Numbered from the stretch's first letter, positions 28,665 to 37,992 are shown. The stretch is DNA of 64,000 nt from Hyphomicrobiales bacterium (GCA_038251095.1 JBBSBQ010000018.1:159-64158), one strand, 5' to 3'. Numbers and translations are program-made. Notes: generated by a model not told the origin, from the sequence alone.

Positions 28665-29000
28665 ATGAACAAGCCAATTATCAGAACATTACTTAGAGTG
28701 ACAATGTCGGTGGCTTTCATATCGTTGGCTTCCGGCATGGCGAGTGCTGAGAAAAACAACGGAAGTGGAAGTGCAGAAGATATTGCAAGCGTCTGCCTAG
28801 CCGCCGCCAATGTTTGCACAACAACTTGCGAAGTTAATCCCACTGGTGGAAGCAGCAGCTTCAGTGAAGGCCTGAGCAATGCCCTCAACTGCAACGACAA
28901 ATGCGCTGCCAACTATGGGCAGTGTGTTGGGAATGTTGCAGCAAGGCGTCAGAACGGAAAATTGAAGCTGAACAAGTCGGAGATGCTCGAAGCTCAGTAG
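28665..29000 (+). CDS. small secreted Cys-rich protein, unknown function
   Basis: RBS GAGAGGA, signal peptide ...ASGMASA, six Cys in the mature part. Confidence 0.5.
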   Translation: MNKPIIRTLLRVTMSVAFISLASGMASAEKNNGSGSAEDIASVCLAAANVCTTTCEVNPTGGSSSFSEGLSNALNCNDKCAANYGQCVGNVAARRQNGKLKLNKSEMLEAQ

Positions 29001-29199
29001 AAGCGTTATGCTGGCCTGCCCCTTGGCAATCCGGTCCTAAAGCTCGGTGACGCACGTCAAATTCGGCTGACGACGTGACAAGACTTTCGGCAGCCATGGA
29101 CTCGGCCCTAATTCAGTGCTTTTTTAATTGCCGGGTCGTTTATGCACCGTCTTGCAGTGCATCGAGGGTCTTGTGACGACCAATTGGAGGGCCGATTCG

Positions 29200-29409
29200 A
29201 TGGCTAAGGGTACTGTGAAGTGGTTTAACGATCAAAAGGGCTTCGGCTTTATCCAGCCTGAAGATGGTAGCAAAGACGTTTTTGTCCATATTTCCGCTGT
29301 TGAGCGCTCAGGTCTGCGTTCCCTCACAGAAGGCCAGAAGATTTCTTACGAAATCGAGACAGACAAGAAAACTGGCAAGAGCTCGGCCGGCAATCTGACT
29401 ACTGGTTGA
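29200..29409 (+). CDS. cspA: cold-shock protein (CspA family)
   Basis: [33 protein letters not shown] carries the RNP1/RNP2 motifs. Confidence 0.92.
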   Translation: MAKGTVKWFNDQKGFGFIQPEDGSKDVFVHISAVERSGLRSLTEGQKISYEIETDKKTGKSSAGNLTTG

Positions 29410-29508
29410 GTTATCGTTAGCCCGACAAACAGAGGAAAGACGCCCATAAAGAGCTTCACCGCTTTCGCAACATTCCAGGAATCTCGGTGAAAGTGATGCA
29501 ACCCTCCG

Positions 29509-30274
29509 CTATTGGTCCACCACCACGCCACCGCCACTTCCAGCAGAGTCTGGAACACGTGTTACAGTATAGTCAACGTTATAGCGCGGCTCGATGTCAT
29601 CCACCCCACAGCGGACCCTGAAACAACCGCCCTCTAGGACAACGTTGGCAGTATAACTCTGACCCACCTGCGGCAGCCTGGACATAAGCGTGGGCAGATC
29701 GAGAGTAACAATCTCTTGGCCGATGATTGAACTGTTGCCAGCTCTATCACCGCAAAGTTCAGTTTCGGGGAGAGACACATCTGAGGCGCTTAGATTGGGT
29801 ACGCAGAAAGTCAACCAACCATCCTGTTCCCATGCCTCCAGAAAAAAACGGATGGGCGCTGCTGTACCATGGCGGTCGCATGACCATTGTCCATCACCTG
29901 GGCCTGTCTCCAGTGCCGGAAAGACGCAAGTTGCACCCTGGTCGAACGAGTGCACGTGCCATCGCTGTCCAGGCTGCCAAACTCCCTGGTTTCAACATTG
30001 TACCTATCCGTTCTGACAATGAAGACGGCTTCATCGGATCCAAAAAATCAAATCCCGTTTCATCAAACACTTCAAATTTCGTAAGGTTGACCTGGAAGCG
30101 TGGCCCGGGCGGGCCAAGCGGTGCGTTCACGCCATTGGTACCGGGTGCGGAGGGAGCCAGCGTTGGGTTCTGTGGTGGGGACTGCTGCGTTGCCTCCTGC
30201 GCGAATGCCGGGATGAGCAATATTGCCCAGACAAGAACAGCGGCGGACCAAAACTTCACTAAGTCATGGGGCAT
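29509..30274 (-). pseudogene. secreted protein of unknown function, readable only across three frames
   Basis: A signal peptide and Pro-rich region lie in ORF 29894..30274. GSDEAVFIVRTD...SLDSDG lies in a second frame. The Cys-containing domain lies in ORF 29509..29955. Frame changes occur at a T6 run (30041-30047) and near 29950. Confidence 0.55.
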
Positions 30275-30535
30275 GCGACATGAACTCCTTCACGCACCGT
30301 CCCACCGTTCTTTCCAATAGCATGGGAGCACGCATCGGACAAGATTTAGCGATCCAATTTCTACTTTGCCGGCTAGCTTGAGAGAAGAATTCAATTCGTT
30401 CAAAATTTATTAGAAGGCGTGGAAATTATGCCCGGGTTAACTGCATTGCTAGGCGTGGTAGGTAATGAAACGCCCGGGATGGAGAAGACGGGAACGGCCA
30501 TTATTTGGTGTCTTTTCTGGCGTTAATTTCGAGTC

Positions 30536-30958
30536 ATGAAACGTCTTGGTTGGCTCGGCTTTGCAATAGTGGTGCATTTGAGCGCCGACGCAGCCCATGC
30601 GGATTTGATCGGCTTTGCTGAAAAAATCTACGATGGCGACACGTTTGCTCTTTGTGATGAAACCATGTGCAACAAAATCCGAATCTGCGGAATCGACGCA
30701 CCGGAAATCGGCGCGAAGGGCTCCTCGCAAGCTACCGCTGCGTTGGCCAGCTTGCTTAGGGGCAGGACTGTGCAGTGCATACAGGTGGGCAAAGGCACGG
30801 TCTGCGACGGACGATCAAGACCGACCAATAGAGACAGGATTGTTGCTCAATGTTTTGTCGGCACAAAGGACGTCGCCGGAGAACTAGTGAAGGGCCGATT
30901 TGTCTGCGAATGGGTAAAGTTTTCGGGAGGAGCTTACCGGGGTACTTCCTGTCCATAA
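30536..30958 (+). CDS. thermonuclease (staphylococcal nuclease-like) family protein
   Basis: Signal peptide; IYDGDTF...IRICGIDAPE...GRTV...DRIVAQC pattern of SNase-like proteins. Confidence 0.7.
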   Translation: MKRLGWLGFAIVVHLSADAAHADLIGFAEKIYDGDTFALCDETMCNKIRICGIDAPEIGAKGSSQATAALASLLRGRTVQCIQVGKGTVCDGRSRPTNRDRIVAQCFVGTKDVAGELVKGRFVCEWVKFSGGAYRGTSCP

Positions 30959-30968
30959 AATCTGTTTC

Positions 30969-31448
30969 TCAGCCGTTATCTGCTTTGCCGGATATGTCGA
31001 GGATGGTGACAGTTTCACCCCTCCCAATATCCAGATCAACTTCCTCCCCGACTTTTGCGCCATCAATTGCGCGGGTCAACGGTGCCGTCCACGCGATTTG
31101 GCCGGTCTTGGGGTCTGATTCATCTTCCTTAACGATGGAAACGGTCACTTCAGAAGACCCTCGCCGGATGGTGACCTGACTACCAAACCCCACGGTATCA
31201 GTATCTCCCTTTGGTGCAACGATCTGCATAGAAGAATGTCGCGCCAACCAGTACCGAAGGTCACGGCGCAATTCTGATTTGATGACAGGGTCTACCTCGC
31301 CGGCCAGTTTAAGCTCAATTGCCCCAATTTGCTCCTTGATGAGTTGCGCACCCCGCGGAGTTACCAGATTGAGTGCCGAGCTGACCGGCCGTTCCTCTGG
31401 TGGGGCCGCAGGCGCATCGTCAGTTTCCCTTGTGAATGCTTTGTTCAT
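30969..31448 (-). CDS. GreA/GreB-family (Rnk-like) transcription factor
   Basis: MNKAFTRE... N-terminus with a C-terminal GreA-type domain (VGFGSQVTI...ESDPKTGQIAWTAPLTRAIDGAKVGEEV). Confidence 0.7.
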   Translation of the reverse strand: MNKAFTRETDDAPAAPPEERPVSSALNLVTPRGAQLIKEQIGAIELKLAGEVDPVIKSELRRDLRYWLARHSSMQIVAPKGDTDTVGFGSQVTIRRGSSEVTVSIVKEDESDPKTGQIAWTAPLTRAIDGAKVGEEVDLDIGRGETVTILDISGKADNG

Positions 31449-31687
31449 TCGACGTTTGTTCCAAGCGCGTACGTAACTGCTAACCTTATCATTAAGCGAA
31501 ATAGTTCAAATCAAAAACCCCGGCGCTGGAAAGGCCCGCACCGGGGTTAAACGCTTGGATTAGGCAAATAAGGGGGACATGACATCCAAGCTGGGTTGGA
31601 GATGTAATTCAGAGCTTTGATATTAGTTCCCGCCTTTACTTCGAATTTCCGACCAAGGCGGCCAAATCTTGGTTTTGTTTTGCAACT

Positions 31688-31873
31688 TTATTGGGCCTTA
31701 TCGGTTGCTGCAGCGGCTCGCAACTCTGCTAGACCAAGTTGCTGCTGACGCTCATCCTTTATAGTTTGCACATTCCCATCGAGTGCGTACCACAGGCTCA
31801 AGGCTGTTTCCGCTGTTTCTGCCCTATGGGTAATCACTCCATCCGAAGTTATTTCAACCAGTTCATACCTCAT
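31688..31873 (-). CDS. hypothetical small protein, 13 nt downstream of ligD
   Basis: ORF only; its position suggests co-transcription with ligD. Confidence 0.35.
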   Translation of the reverse strand: MRYELVEITSDGVITHRAETAETALSLWYALDGNVQTIKDERQQQLGLAELRAAAATDKAQ

Positions 31874-31885
31874 GAAGCGGCTCTT

Positions 31886-34363
31886 CTACTTTTTAAGCGG
31901 TTTGGCAACTTTAAAAAAATCTAGCCAGGCGCTTGGCCTATTCAATATCTGTTCAGTCTCCTCGCCGGTTATGACGAACGCCTTGGGGCTGATTTTGGTT
32001 TTTAACATTTTCCATGTGATCGGCATGGAGATGGCCGCGTATTCGTTGGCCCGTAGCGAGTATGGCGCTACCGTTGTCGAGCCCCTCCCATTGCGCAAGT
32101 AATCAATGAAGATACGGCCTTTGCGGGCCTTCTTGGACAGGGTTGCGGTGTATAGATCAGGCTGGGCCTGCACCATGGCATCGGCAAAATGATGGGCAAA
32201 AGTTTTGACCTCTCCCCATTGGGCTTTGGGCTTCAGCGGCACCACGACATGGAAGCCTTTCCCGCCTGAGGTTTTAACAAATGAAGGAAGGCCGAGTTCA
32301 TCCAGGTGCTTTTTGACTTCCAGGGCGGCTGACCGTACAGCTTCGTCGGCCAAGCCTTCGTCCGGATCAAGATCAAAGACGACCTGATCCGGCGTTTCAA
32401 TCGTATCCACCTTGGCGCCCCAGATGTGAATTTCCACCACGCCGAGTTGCACCAAAGCTGCGATGCCGTTGAAATCGCGGATATAGAGATGTTCCTGCTT
32501 ATCCTGCGGATCCTTCATGGTGGTGATGGCTTTATGCATCCCTGGGGAGGCATGCTTCTGGAAGAACTGCTGGCCGCCGATGCCATCGGGTGCTCGCAAC
32601 AGACTCAAGGGCCGGTCAGTTACGAAGGGTTCCATCAGTGGCCATACGGAAGCGTAGTAATCCAGCAGGTCGTGCTTGGTGATTTTGGCCTTGGGCCATA
32701 ATAGTTTGTCAGCGTTGCTTAAAACCACGTCGGTCTGGACCCTAGAGGTATTCCCTCGTCTTGACTCATTCTTGGGAATAGCCGCGCCTGACGGCTGTTC
32801 TTTTACAACTTCTTTGGCAGGCTTGTCCTCTCTTAGTCCCTGAAACGAGGCTTGCCGCAATATCCCGTCGTTGGTCCAAGCCCGGAATTCCACCTCGGCC
32901 ACCAATTCGGGTCGTACCCAAATTGCATCCTTCTCCTTCTTTTCCAGCCGCGCAACGGCCGGGGACTTCACCTTAATCTTGTCCATTTTGCGCTTGAGGT
33001 CATCGCCCGCTTTCGTTGAAAATCCTGTTCCTACCCTTCCTGCATGCACCAGTTGGTCATTTTTGCGATAACCAACAATGATCGAGCGCAGGCCCCGTCC
33101 TGTTGCGGCAGACGTCAGATAGCCTAGGATGATAAACTCTTGGCGCAAGGTGCATTTTGATTTGATCCAATCCAGTGAGCGCCCACTGCGATAAGGCGCA
33201 TCAATCTGCTTTGAAATCACGCCTTCAAGGCCCATGCGGCAGGCGTGGCTCAGCATTGTCTCGCCTGCCTCGTCGAAGTGTTCGCTATAGCGGATCATCT
33301 TTTTGTCTTTTTGATTCAGGAGGCCTTCAAGCTGTGACTTGCGCCCAATCAGAGGTTCATCAAGCAGAGATGCATTGTAGAGGTGCAGCAGGTCAAAGGC
33401 GTAAAAGATCAACCGGTCGGTGCGGCCTTCCGACAAATCTGCCTGCAATTGGGCAAATGAGGCAACGCCCTTATCCGAAAGTACCACTACTTCGCCGTCG
33501 ATGATTGCCTGCTTGCAATTCAGTCCCAGCAGTTCCCGGCGCAGCGGCTCACCGAAACGATTGGTCCAATCCAAGCCGGAACGGGTGAACAGTTTCACTT
33601 TTCCGGCCGAGATATGAGCCTGGAGGCGGTAGCCATCGAACTTCACTTCGTGTAGCCAGCCCGTGCCTTCGGGTGGCGTCGCTTTCAGTGTTGCCAGGGC
33701 GGGAGGAATGAAACCCGGCATAGCGGTGGACTTCTTCCTAGCTGCGGACGCCTTTGAGGCCTTGATTGCTTTTGGCTTTTTCGCTTTGGCAATATCATCA
33801 TTGGTAAGTCCCGACCTGATGGACTCAGGCGCGCTTTCCAGAATGTCGCCTTCTTCAGTTGCAAACTCGTCCTTGGCTTTGATCAGCAACCAGTTGTCAC
33901 GGTTTTCCTTCTCGCGTGCCTTGAGACGAACGAGATGCCAGCTTCCCTTAAGTTTTTGGCCGGCGAGTTCAAAGCTCAAATGGCCCTTCTTCATGCCGGT
34001 GGCCGCGCCACCTTCCGGTATCCAGGTTCCCTGATCCCAGATAAGTACGGACCCGGCACCGTAAGAACCCTTGGGAATATTGCCTTCGAATTCCGCATAG
34101 TCCAGGGGATGGTCTTCGACATGGACGGCCAGGCGTTTTTCGGAAGGATCAAAGCTCGGTCCACGGGTAACGGCCCAGCTCCACAGCACGCCATTGTGTT
34201 CGAGGCGCAAATCATAGTGTAGTCGTCGGGCATCGTGTTTATGAATGACAAAAAGACCGCCAACGGATTTTGACTTCCGGACCACGCCCTTTTGTCTGCC
34301 TGCAGGCTCACTGCTTTGCTTGAAGTCACGCTTGCGCCAATATTGTTCGAGCACGTTCGCCAT
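31886..34363 (-). CDS. ligD: ATP-dependent DNA ligase LigD (phosphoesterase-ligase-polymerase order)
   Basis: The PE domain has FVIHKHDARRLHYDLRLE. The ligase domain has the HEVKFDGYR adenylation motif. A C-terminal primase-polymerase domain follows. Confidence 0.92.
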   Translation of the reverse strand: MANVLEQYWRKRDFKQSSEPAGRQKGVVRKSKSVGGLFVIHKHDARRLHYDLRLEHNGVLWSWAVTRGPSFDPSEKRLAVHVEDHPLDYAEFEGNIPKGSYGAGSVLIWDQGTWIPEGGAATGMKKGHLSFELAGQKLKGSWHLVRLKAREKENRDNWLLIKAKDEFATEEGDILESAPESIRSGLTNDDIAKAKKPKAIKASKASAARKKSTAMPGFIPPALATLKATPPEGTGWLHEVKFDGYRLQAHISAGKVKLFTRSGLDWTNRFGEPLRRELLGLNCKQAIIDGEVVVLSDKGVASFAQLQADLSEGRTDRLIFYAFDLLHLYNASLLDEPLIGRKSQLEGLLNQKDKKMIRYSEHFDEAGETMLSHACRMGLEGVISKQIDAPYRSGRSLDWIKSKCTLRQEFIILGYLTSAATGRGLRSIIVGYRKNDQLVHAGRVGTGFSTKAGDDLKRKMDKIKVKSPAVARLEKKEKDAIWVRPELVAEVEFRAWTNDGILRQASFQGLREDKPAKEVVKEQPSGAAIPKNESRRGNTSRVQTDVVLSNADKLLWPKAKITKHDLLDYYASVWPLMEPFVTDRPLSLLRAPDGIGGQQFFQKHASPGMHKAITTMKDPQDKQEHLYIRDFNGIAALVQLGVVEIHIWGAKVDTIETPDQVVFDLDPDEGLADEAVRSAALEVKKHLDELGLPSFVKTSGGKGFHVVVPLKPKAQWGEVKTFAHHFADAMVQAQPDLYTATLSKKARKGRIFIDYLRNGRGSTTVAPYSLRANEYAAISMPITWKMLKTKISPKAFVITGEETEQILNRPSAWLDFFKVAKPLKK

Positions 34364-34380
34364 TTTGCCAACTCAACCAG

Positions 34381-35247
34381 TTACCGCTTGCGGCCTGCCG
34401 TTGCTTTTTTGACTGTCTTTGCGGGGGCTCCGACTGACTTGCCCTTCGAAGCAGACTTAACGCTTCCACCTTCCGATGCCAGACTTTTTCGAAGCGCATC
34501 GAACAGATTGACGACATTGGAGGGAGGTTCGGCAGCGGACACAATGGGAGGCTTTTTCCCAGCCTGCTTGGCCTTGATCAACGCCAAAAGCGCATCCTCG
34601 TATCGGTCATCGAACTTCGAAGGGTCAAACTTGCCCTTTTTCTTGTCGATGATATGGGTGGCCAAATCCGTCATTTCCTGATCAACGGAAACCTTGGCGA
34701 TTTCATCGAATACGTTTTCAGGCTGTCGCACCGTATGATCATAACGCAAGGTGGTAAGCAGCATGCCTTTGCCGAGCGCCTCGATGACTACAGGGCGCTC
34801 GCGGCGATAGAGCACAATTCGCGCCAGTCCGGCCATTTTCTTCTCGGCCAGTGCATCCCGTATGACGGCAAAAGCTTCTTGGGATACCTTGTCGGACGGA
34901 GTCAGGTAGTAGGGCGTATCAAGGTAGATTTGCTCAATTTCCGACTTCTTCACGAAGCTTTCGAGGCTCAAGGTATGGGAGGATTCAATCTTGACCGCGT
35001 CTATTTCCTCCTCTTCGAAAAGCAGAAACTTGTCGTTTTCGATTTCATAGCCCTTGATCTCGTTTTTTTCATCGACGGGCTTTCCGGTGACGGAATCGAT
35101 ATATTGCCGCGACACGGTATTGCCGGTGGCCTTATTGAGGATCCGGAAGGAAACCTTCTCGTTCTGGGTTGTGGCGTTTGAAAGCTCTACGCCGCATGTA
35201 ACGAGGGACAATTTGAGGTAGCCTTTCCATGCTGGGCGAACGGCCAT
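34381..35247 (-). CDS. ku: Ku protein (non-homologous end joining)
   Basis: MAVRPAWKGYLKLSLVTCGVEL... typical bacterial Ku N-terminus with a basic C-terminal tail. Confidence 0.92.
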   Translation of the reverse strand: MAVRPAWKGYLKLSLVTCGVELSNATTQNEKVSFRILNKATGNTVSRQYIDSVTGKPVDEKNEIKGYEIENDKFLLFEEEEIDAVKIESSHTLSLESFVKKSEIEQIYLDTPYYLTPSDKVSQEAFAVIRDALAEKKMAGLARIVLYRRERPVVIEALGKGMLLTTLRYDHTVRQPENVFDEIAKVSVDQEMTDLATHIIDKKKGKFDPSKFDDRYEDALLALIKAKQAGKKPPIVSAAEPPSNVVNLFDALRKSLASEGGSVKSASKGKSVGAPAKTVKKATAGRKR

Positions 35248-35558
35248 TAGCTGTTTCCTCCAGCATGCGTGGCATTCATCGCCACTTCGTCTGCGTAATT
35301 CAGATCCTCTTGGGTAACTATAGGAATCGGATCACTGACGATTGCCTCTAATATTTCAGAGCTAAGCACTCCACCGGCCAAGTACGCTTCAAAAGCTTGT
35401 CGGGTCTGCCGTTCCGCTCTCAAGAGAGCAGAAAGAGCGAGGATTAAAGTGTCGCGCTGATCGAATTTGGCAGTCAGTGTTTGTTGATGGCTATCCATGT
35501 CATTGTAACGTGCGGTTTCTGCCAAAGTTCCAGCGAGGTCAGCGAGGTTACAATTCAC
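35247..35558 (-). CDS. hypothetical 103-aa protein translationally coupled to ku
   Basis: Its stop overlaps the ku start (TAATG at 35245-35249). I recognise no motif. Confidence 0.4.
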   Translation of the reverse strand: MNCNLADLAGTLAETARYNDMDSHQQTLTAKFDQRDTLILALSALLRAERQTRQAFEAYLAGGVLSSEILEAIVSDPIPIVTQEDLNYADEVAMNATHAGGNS

Positions 35559-35653
35559 CAGTAAGGTGGTAAGTGAGAAATTAGTTGGTGGTGGGGCAGC
35601 CGCCGACGTGCAAGTATTTTATCTTTATAAATCAATTTTTTAAGGTAAAAAGC

Positions 35654-35743
35654 TGGCGGAGAGGGAGGGATTCGAACCCCCGGTACGCTTGCGCGTACTT
35701 CGCATTTCGAGTGCGACGCGATCGACCACTCTGCCACCTCTCC
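35654..35743 (-). tRNA. tRNA-Ser (anticodon CGA)
   Basis: Hand-folded: acceptor GGAGAGG/CCTCTCC, anticodon stem TCGCA/TGCGA with loop CTCGAAA, long variable arm, T-loop TTCGAAT, encoded CCA. Confidence 0.9.
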
Positions 35744-36099
35744 GCATGCTTGAAAGCCTGTGGTCGCCCCCGCTGAATAGCCAAGACATGAGGCCCTGCC
35801 AAGCCCCCATTTGGCCGGTGGTTGACAGGGCGCGGCGACCTGCTAGAAACCGCCCGAATCAGGAAACAAAGGCCCATCATGACGTTCGCCGTCTCAGCGA
35901 TGCATTCAGACCGGATTGCCCCCGCAATCTTAGGCTGGGCTTGCCTTTCCGCCACCTTCAAAAAACCGACTAAAAAAACCGTTTAGCCTCATCCCCGGCC
36001 TCATCGCTCTCGGGGGTGGTGGCCGAAACCCCCTATGCCGAAAGCGGAGCCTCACGGCTCCAGAGCGGGCGGATCAGAGACCAGGTCAAGGAGACTTCC

Positions 36100-37137
36100 A
36101 TGGGTTACAAGGTTGCAGTCGTCGGCGCCACGGGCAATGTGGGCCGCGAAATGCTGAATATCCTCGCCGAGCGCGAGTTTCCGGTCGATGAGTGCTTTGC
36201 CATCGCCTCGCGGAAATCCATGGGCGTTGAGGTCTCCTTCGGTGACAGGACCCTGAAGTGCAAGGACCTGGAGCAGTTCGACTTTTCCCAGGTGGATTTC
36301 GTGCTGATGTCGGCGGGCTCCGCCGTCTCCAAGGAATGGTCGCCCAAGATCGGCGCCCTTGGCCCCATCGTCATCGATAATTCCTCCTGCTGGCGTTACG
36401 ACCCCGAAGTGCCGCTGATCGTTCCGGAAGTGAACGCTCATGTGCTGGTCGAATACATGGCCCGCAACAAGCGCCGCAACATCATTGCCAACCCGAACTG
36501 CTCCACCGCGCAGCTCGTCGTGGCCCTCAAGCCCCTGCATGATGTGGCCAAGATCAAGCGCGTGGTGGTGTCCACCTACCAGTCCGTTTCCGGCGCCGGC
36601 AAGGAAGGCCTCGACGAGTTGTGGAACCAGACCAAGGGCATCTTCGTCACCGACTCGTCAACGCCCAAGAAATTCACCAAGCAGATCGCCTTCAACGTCA
36701 TTCCCCATATCGACGTGTTCATGGATTCAGGCGAGACAAAGGAAGAATGGAAGATGGTGGTCGAGACTAAGAAGATCCTCGATCCCAAGATCAAGCTCAC
36801 CGCCACCTGCGTGCGCGTGCCTGTCTTCGTGGGCCACTCGGAAGCCGTGAACATTGAGTTCGAGAAGCCGATTTCGGCGGAAGAAGTGCGCGAAATCCTG
36901 CGCGAGGCGCCGGGCTGCATGGTGGTCGACAAGCGCGAGGATGGTGGCTACGTCACCCCGGTTGAATGCGTCGGCGATTTCGCCACCTTCATCAGCCGCA
37001 TCCGTGAGGATTCAACCATCGAGAACGGCATCAATCTCTGGGTGGTCTCCGACAACTTGCGGAAAGGCGCTGCCCTCAACACCGTGCAGATCGCCGAATG
37101 CCTGATCAACCGCGGGCTCTTGAAGAAAGCCGCCTGA
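36100..37137 (+). CDS. asd: aspartate-semialdehyde dehydrogenase
   Basis: MGYKVAVVGATGNVGREML..., IANPNCSTAQ active-site Cys region, RBS AAGGAG. Confidence 0.92.
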   Translation: MGYKVAVVGATGNVGREMLNILAEREFPVDECFAIASRKSMGVEVSFGDRTLKCKDLEQFDFSQVDFVLMSAGSAVSKEWSPKIGALGPIVIDNSSCWRYDPEVPLIVPEVNAHVLVEYMARNKRRNIIANPNCSTAQLVVALKPLHDVAKIKRVVVSTYQSVSGAGKEGLDELWNQTKGIFVTDSSTPKKFTKQIAFNVIPHIDVFMDSGETKEEWKMVVETKKILDPKIKLTATCVRVPVFVGHSEAVNIEFEKPISAEEVREILREAPGCMVVDKREDGGYVTPVECVGDFATFISRIREDSTIENGINLWVVSDNLRKGAALNTVQIAECLINRGLLKKAA

Positions 37138-37368
37138 GGTTCCCCCTGTAATCTTCACGGCAACTTTGCGGCGACGCAGGGCGCCCTGCCCTGCATTGCG
37201 GCAACAGTTTGATAATCCCTCGCGGCATTTGGCGCGCGAGATTAACCCGAGTTAACTGGCTCTCCAAAATTCGCAAGCGTAGCCCTGTGCACGTGGGATG
37301 AAACACCAGGACGGGCGGCGCTGCCCTCTGTTTCACGGCACATCACAACGTTAATCAGGAGAACGACC

Positions 37369-37641
37369 ATGAACATTCGTGTTTTAATGGGCTGCGCCCT
37401 TGCGCTCGCCATCTTCGCACCATCAGCCAATGCCTTGACCATCATGGACAAGGACAAGACCGCTTACACCGTCAAAGTCATGCCCAAGGGCGGCAAGGAA
37501 ATCGATGTGGCGCTCAAAGCCAACGCCAACGCCGATGTTGATTGCAAGGCAGGCTGCCAGCTCTCGCTCAACGGGAAGACCCGCAACGTTGACGGCACCC
37601 TGGCCCAAATCACCATCCAGGACCGCAAGTTCGCAATGTAA
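37369..37641 (+). CDS. small secreted protein, two Cys, unknown function
   Basis: RBS AGGAGA; signal peptide ending ANA. Confidence 0.5.
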   Translation: MNIRVLMGCALALAIFAPSANALTIMDKDKTAYTVKVMPKGGKEIDVALKANANADVDCKAGCQLSLNGKTRNVDGTLAQITIQDRKFAM

Positions 37642-37689
37642 CCGGGCGCAAGCTCTCCCCTCAATCTTCATTGAAGAAAGACTGCAATC

Positions 37690-37992
37690 ATGATCACTCG
37701 TTGTCTCGTCGCTGCCTCAATGGCGGCAGGTCTGATGGTTTCCGCCGCCAATGCCGTGACGGTGACCAACATGGCGCCAACCAAGGCAAACTTCGCTTAC
37801 ACGCCATCTGGCGGCAAGGCTCATCACTACACCCTCGCCTCCAATCACCATGTGAACCTCGCCTGCAAGGATGGCGGCACGCTGACGATTGGCAAATCGA
37901 ACGAAATCTGCACCGCGAAAACCGGCAAGATCATGCTGAAAACCAGCAAGGGCAAATGGGAATTTGTCGTGCCCGAGCCGAAGCAAATCTGA
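37690..37992 (+). CDS. small secreted protein, weak paralogue of 37369..37641
   Basis: Signal peptide ending ANA; similar length and Cys spacing (CKxG...). Confidence 0.5.
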   Translation: MITRCLVAASMAAGLMVSAANAVTVTNMAPTKANFAYTPSGGKAHHYTLASNHHVNLACKDGGTLTIGKSNEICTAKTGKIMLKTSKGKWEFVVPEPKQI

